Assembly (NCBI GenBank): GCA_965205505.1
Contig: CBDBHB010000008.1
Location: 1,184,001 to 1,248,000, forward strand
Origin: Acidobacteriota bacterium
Lineage (GTDB): Bacteria > Acidobacteriota > UBA890 > WLXD01
DNA: 64,000 bases
Direction of reading: 5' to 3'
The translations under genes were made by a program, and so were the position numbers. Positions 61,402-64,000 of this stretch are shown in pieces (the stretch's first letter is position 1; every line of letters begins with the position of its first letter). The notes under the pieces are model-generated. The model was not told the DNA's origin. It ran no database searches and saw nothing but the letters and a program-made list of their open reading frames with translations.

Positions 61402-62351
61402 CGACCCAGCTCAGCCGGAGAGCTCAGCGGGCGAGCAAAGATGTCGAGATCACTCAAGCGCTCGTGGAGCTCCCGGAACTCGCCGTCGTGCAGTGGTCGC
61501 AGCGGCAGGCGCACGGTTCCGCAATCGACACCGAGCATCGACACCAACGCCTTGCCGGCGCGCACGGCACCGAACTCCTGCAGGACACGCCCTAGCTGTA
61601 GCGTCTTGGCGTGCTCGGTACGAGCGCGCTCGATGTCGCCGGCGGCAAACGCTTCCTCGATACGCCGGTAGAGTGGCGCCGCGAACCCGATGGTGCCCCC
61701 AATGGCCCCCTGAGCTCCGAGGGCCAGGCCTGGCAGCCAGCTTTCCTCGCTCCCAATGAGCACATCGAAATCGCCTTCCAGTTGTTGACAGCGCGCGAAC
61801 GTCTTCAGGTCGGACGAAGTGAGGTTGACACCCACGAGGTTGGGGATGCGTAGCCGCCCCCACTCGAGCACCTGCTCGGTCGGAAAGCACATGCCACTGC
61901 GATCGGGCACATCGTAAAAGAAAAACGGCGTGCTCGGCACGGCCGCAGCAATGGCCGCAAAGTACTCGATGAGCTCTTCCAGGGTGGCCGGCGGGTGGTA
62001 TGTGGGGCTCATGGCTGCCAGCGCCGTCGCGCCAGCTTTGGCGGCGTGCTCGGCAAGCCGCACAGCATCGCGCAGCGAGCTATGACCTACGTGCGCGATC
62101 AACGGCAGTTCGCCCCCCGTCACCCCGACCCAGGTCTCGAGAACGGCGCACCTCTCCGCCACGGACAACGAATGGCCTTCGCCCTCGATACCACAAATGA
62201 ACACGCCGCTGACGCCGGCATCGCGGAACAACTCGTACTGCCGAACGACCATGCTGCCCCTGAAACGGCCGTCGGCGTTGAAGGGTGTAGGGGCCGAAGC
62301 AAACAGACCGCGAAAAGGCTTCGGGTGCACGCGAGCGTCGGTGTCGCTCAA
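61398..62351 (-). CDS. DHDPS/N-acetylneuraminate lyase family protein lacking the catalytic Lys
   Basis: PTPF, GIEGEG, AHVG, FFFYDVP, GVNLTS, GAIGGT. Confidence 0.85.
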   Translation of the reverse strand: MSDTDARVHPKPFRGLFASAPTPFNADGRFRGSMVVRQYELFRDAGVSGVFICGIEGEGHSLSVAERCAVLETWVGVTGGELPLIAHVGHSSLRDAVRLAEHAAKAGATALAAMSPTYHPPATLEELIEYFAAIAAAVPSTPFFFYDVPDRSGMCFPTEQVLEWGRLRIPNLVGVNLTSSDLKTFARCQQLEGDFDVLIGSEESWLPGLALGAQGAIGGTIGFAAPLYRRIEEAFAAGDIERARTEHAKTLQLGRVLQEFGAVRAGKALVSMLGVDCGTVRLPLRPLHDGEFRELHERLSDLDIFARPLSSPAELGR

Positions 62352-62370
62352 GCTGCCGCCGGCACGCTGG

Positions 62371-62793
62371 TCAGCGTGGCTGTCGCGCCACGACCGTGGC
62401 TTCGGTCTCGAACACTGCGCCCGGCTCGTCTGGCGCGTCGCGACGCTCGCCGAACCAACGCGCCGATACGCGCCGCGATCGGGCTAGCATCTCGGGAGTG
62501 ACCGACGCCGCTACGGCCGTGAGCGCCATCAACAGCACGCCCAGATCGTCGCTGTAGCCGACACCCGGAATCAGATCGGGGATGGCATCGATCGGCGCAA
62601 TGAAGTAGCCCAACGCCCCGATGACCGTTGTCTTCGCCCACATCGGGGTATGCGGGTCGCGCAGGACTTGCGACAGCAACACCGCCTTCTCGACTACTTC
62701 ACGGCCTGCGGCGCGAGCGTAGTTACCGAGCTTGGCCTTGAGCCCGTCCGCCGAGTACACCTCTCGATAGGCGAAAGCGCTTTCATCATCCAT
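62371..62793 (-). CDS. YkvA (DUF1232) family protein
   Basis: YFIAPIDAIPDLIPGVGYSDD. Confidence 0.9.
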   Translation of the reverse strand: MDDESAFAYREVYSADGLKAKLGNYARAAGREVVEKAVLLSQVLRDPHTPMWAKTTVIGALGYFIAPIDAIPDLIPGVGYSDDLGVLLMALTAVAASVTPEMLARSRRVSARWFGERRDAPDEPGAVFETEATVVARQPR

Positions 62794-62859
62794 GCTGCTA
62801 GCCTAACATCCGGCCGGCAGGCGAAAGCGGACCCTACTTGACGCCGCTGCCCCGCGACA

Positions 62860-63906
62860 TCACGGCCGCAGCACGACTTTGGTATATCCGTCGCGGCGCT
62901 CGTCGAAGCTGCGATACGCATCGGGGCCATCAGAAAGCGGCACCCGGTGCGAGATCACGCGGGTGATGTCGAGCTCGCGATCGCGCACGATCGGGGCGAG
63001 CCGCTCCATATAGGCACGCGCGGGGCAACGCCCGACTCGATAGGTCAGGTTCTTGTCGTAGGCCTCGACCGGGCCGAACGGGAAGTTGTCGTCGGTGTGC
63101 ACCCCGACGACTGAGATCGTCCCGCCCGGACGCACGAGCTCGATTGCCATGCGTGCCGCATCGTAGGTACCGGCCGCCTCCATTACCGCGTCGGCGCCGG
63201 GTGCATCGGCGTGGCTGCGAATCGCCATTACCGGATTCTCGGCCTGAAAATCGATCGGCACCGCGCCGACCTCTTGTGCCAGCTCGAGTCTTTCAGGCAC
63301 GCTGTCGATCGCGTAGAGCATCTCCGCACCGAGCTCCCGCGCCGCGACGATCGCCAGAATTCCGACCGGGCCGCATCCGACGACTGCGTAGACACCACCG
63401 GGCTTGATACCTGCCATCTCGGCGCAGAAGTAGCCAGTGGAGAAAATGTCGCCGAGCAACAACGCCTGTTCGTCGGTCACCCCCTCGGGGATACACAGCA
63501 ACGTCGAGTCAGCCAGCGGCACCCGCACGAACTCTGCCTGTCCGCCTTGCAGTCCCTCGCCCATTCCGACCCAACCGAATAGCTGTCCCCGTGGACAACG
63601 GCTCGTGAGGCCCGAGCGGCAGTACGAGCACTCACCGCAGTTGGTCGTAAATGGGCTGTACACGCGATCGCCGACCGCCAGACCGCGAACATCGGCGCCA
63701 GTTTCGACAACCTCTCCGACAAACTCGTGCCCCATGACGGTGCCGATGTCGAGACCCTCCTCGCGCTCGTTGTAGGGGTGCAAGTCGGACCCGCACAGGC
63801 CGGCGATATCAACCTTCACTATGACGTCGCCGGGAGTCTCGATCTCGGGATCAGGGACGGTCTCGTGAACTGCCGTGCGATAGCCACCAAACGTAATCGC
63901 TTTCAT
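62860..63906 (-). CDS. Zinc-dependent alcohol dehydrogenase family protein
   Basis: GLCGSDLH, GHEFVG, CGECSYC...C, GCGPVG. Confidence 0.93.
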   Translation of the reverse strand: MKAITFGGYRTAVHETVPDPEIETPGDVIVKVDIAGLCGSDLHPYNEREEGLDIGTVMGHEFVGEVVETGADVRGLAVGDRVYSPFTTNCGECSYCRSGLTSRCPRGQLFGWVGMGEGLQGGQAEFVRVPLADSTLLCIPEGVTDEQALLLGDIFSTGYFCAEMAGIKPGGVYAVVGCGPVGILAIVAARELGAEMLYAIDSVPERLELAQEVGAVPIDFQAENPVMAIRSHADAPGADAVMEAAGTYDAARMAIELVRPGGTISVVGVHTDDNFPFGPVEAYDKNLTYRVGRCPARAYMERLAPIVRDRELDITRVISHRVPLSDGPDAYRSFDERRDGYTKVVLRP

Positions 63907-64000
63907 TCGCGTTTAACTCGGCCGGGTTGTCGAATCAATGTCGATCGTAGTCAGTAGGGTACCGAGTTAGCGCTCAGCCCACAAAATCGCCTTGAGTAGT

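Overview
High-GC bacterial chromosomal window; gene content suggests Acidobacteriota or Gemmatimonadota (inference). The central feature is a chromosomal integron with an unusual layout. A 5'-truncated but catalytically complete intI (30351-31211, minus) lies upstream of, and co-oriented with, a 9-cassette array (putative attI crossover at ~30179; attC sites from 29720 down to ~22187). Cassettes encode hicBA, two HEPN-like proteins, a frameshifted RlmJ-like methyltransferase, a group 2 SAM methyltransferase, an amidohydrolase and unknown proteins. The region from ~2.3 to 18 kb looks like a decayed cassette field. It holds minus-strand small genes, half-attC remnants, a degenerate copy of the hicA 3' end with its attC, and many gene fragments, including isolated 5' and 3' termini of Ser/Thr kinase genes flanking unrelated cargo. 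An SDR gene is split by an IS3 element that itself contains a second IS3. The right half is more housekeeping-like: S9 peptidase, VPS10/BNR protein, DUF1592-DUF1552-ankyrin cluster, acnA, GGT, RidA, M24 peptidase, a DHDPS/NanA-like protein lacking the catalytic Lys, and an ADH. It also carries a CTAG-bounded MITE family. Five type II toxin-antitoxin pairs are present. All calls come from reading the sequence; no database searches were run.
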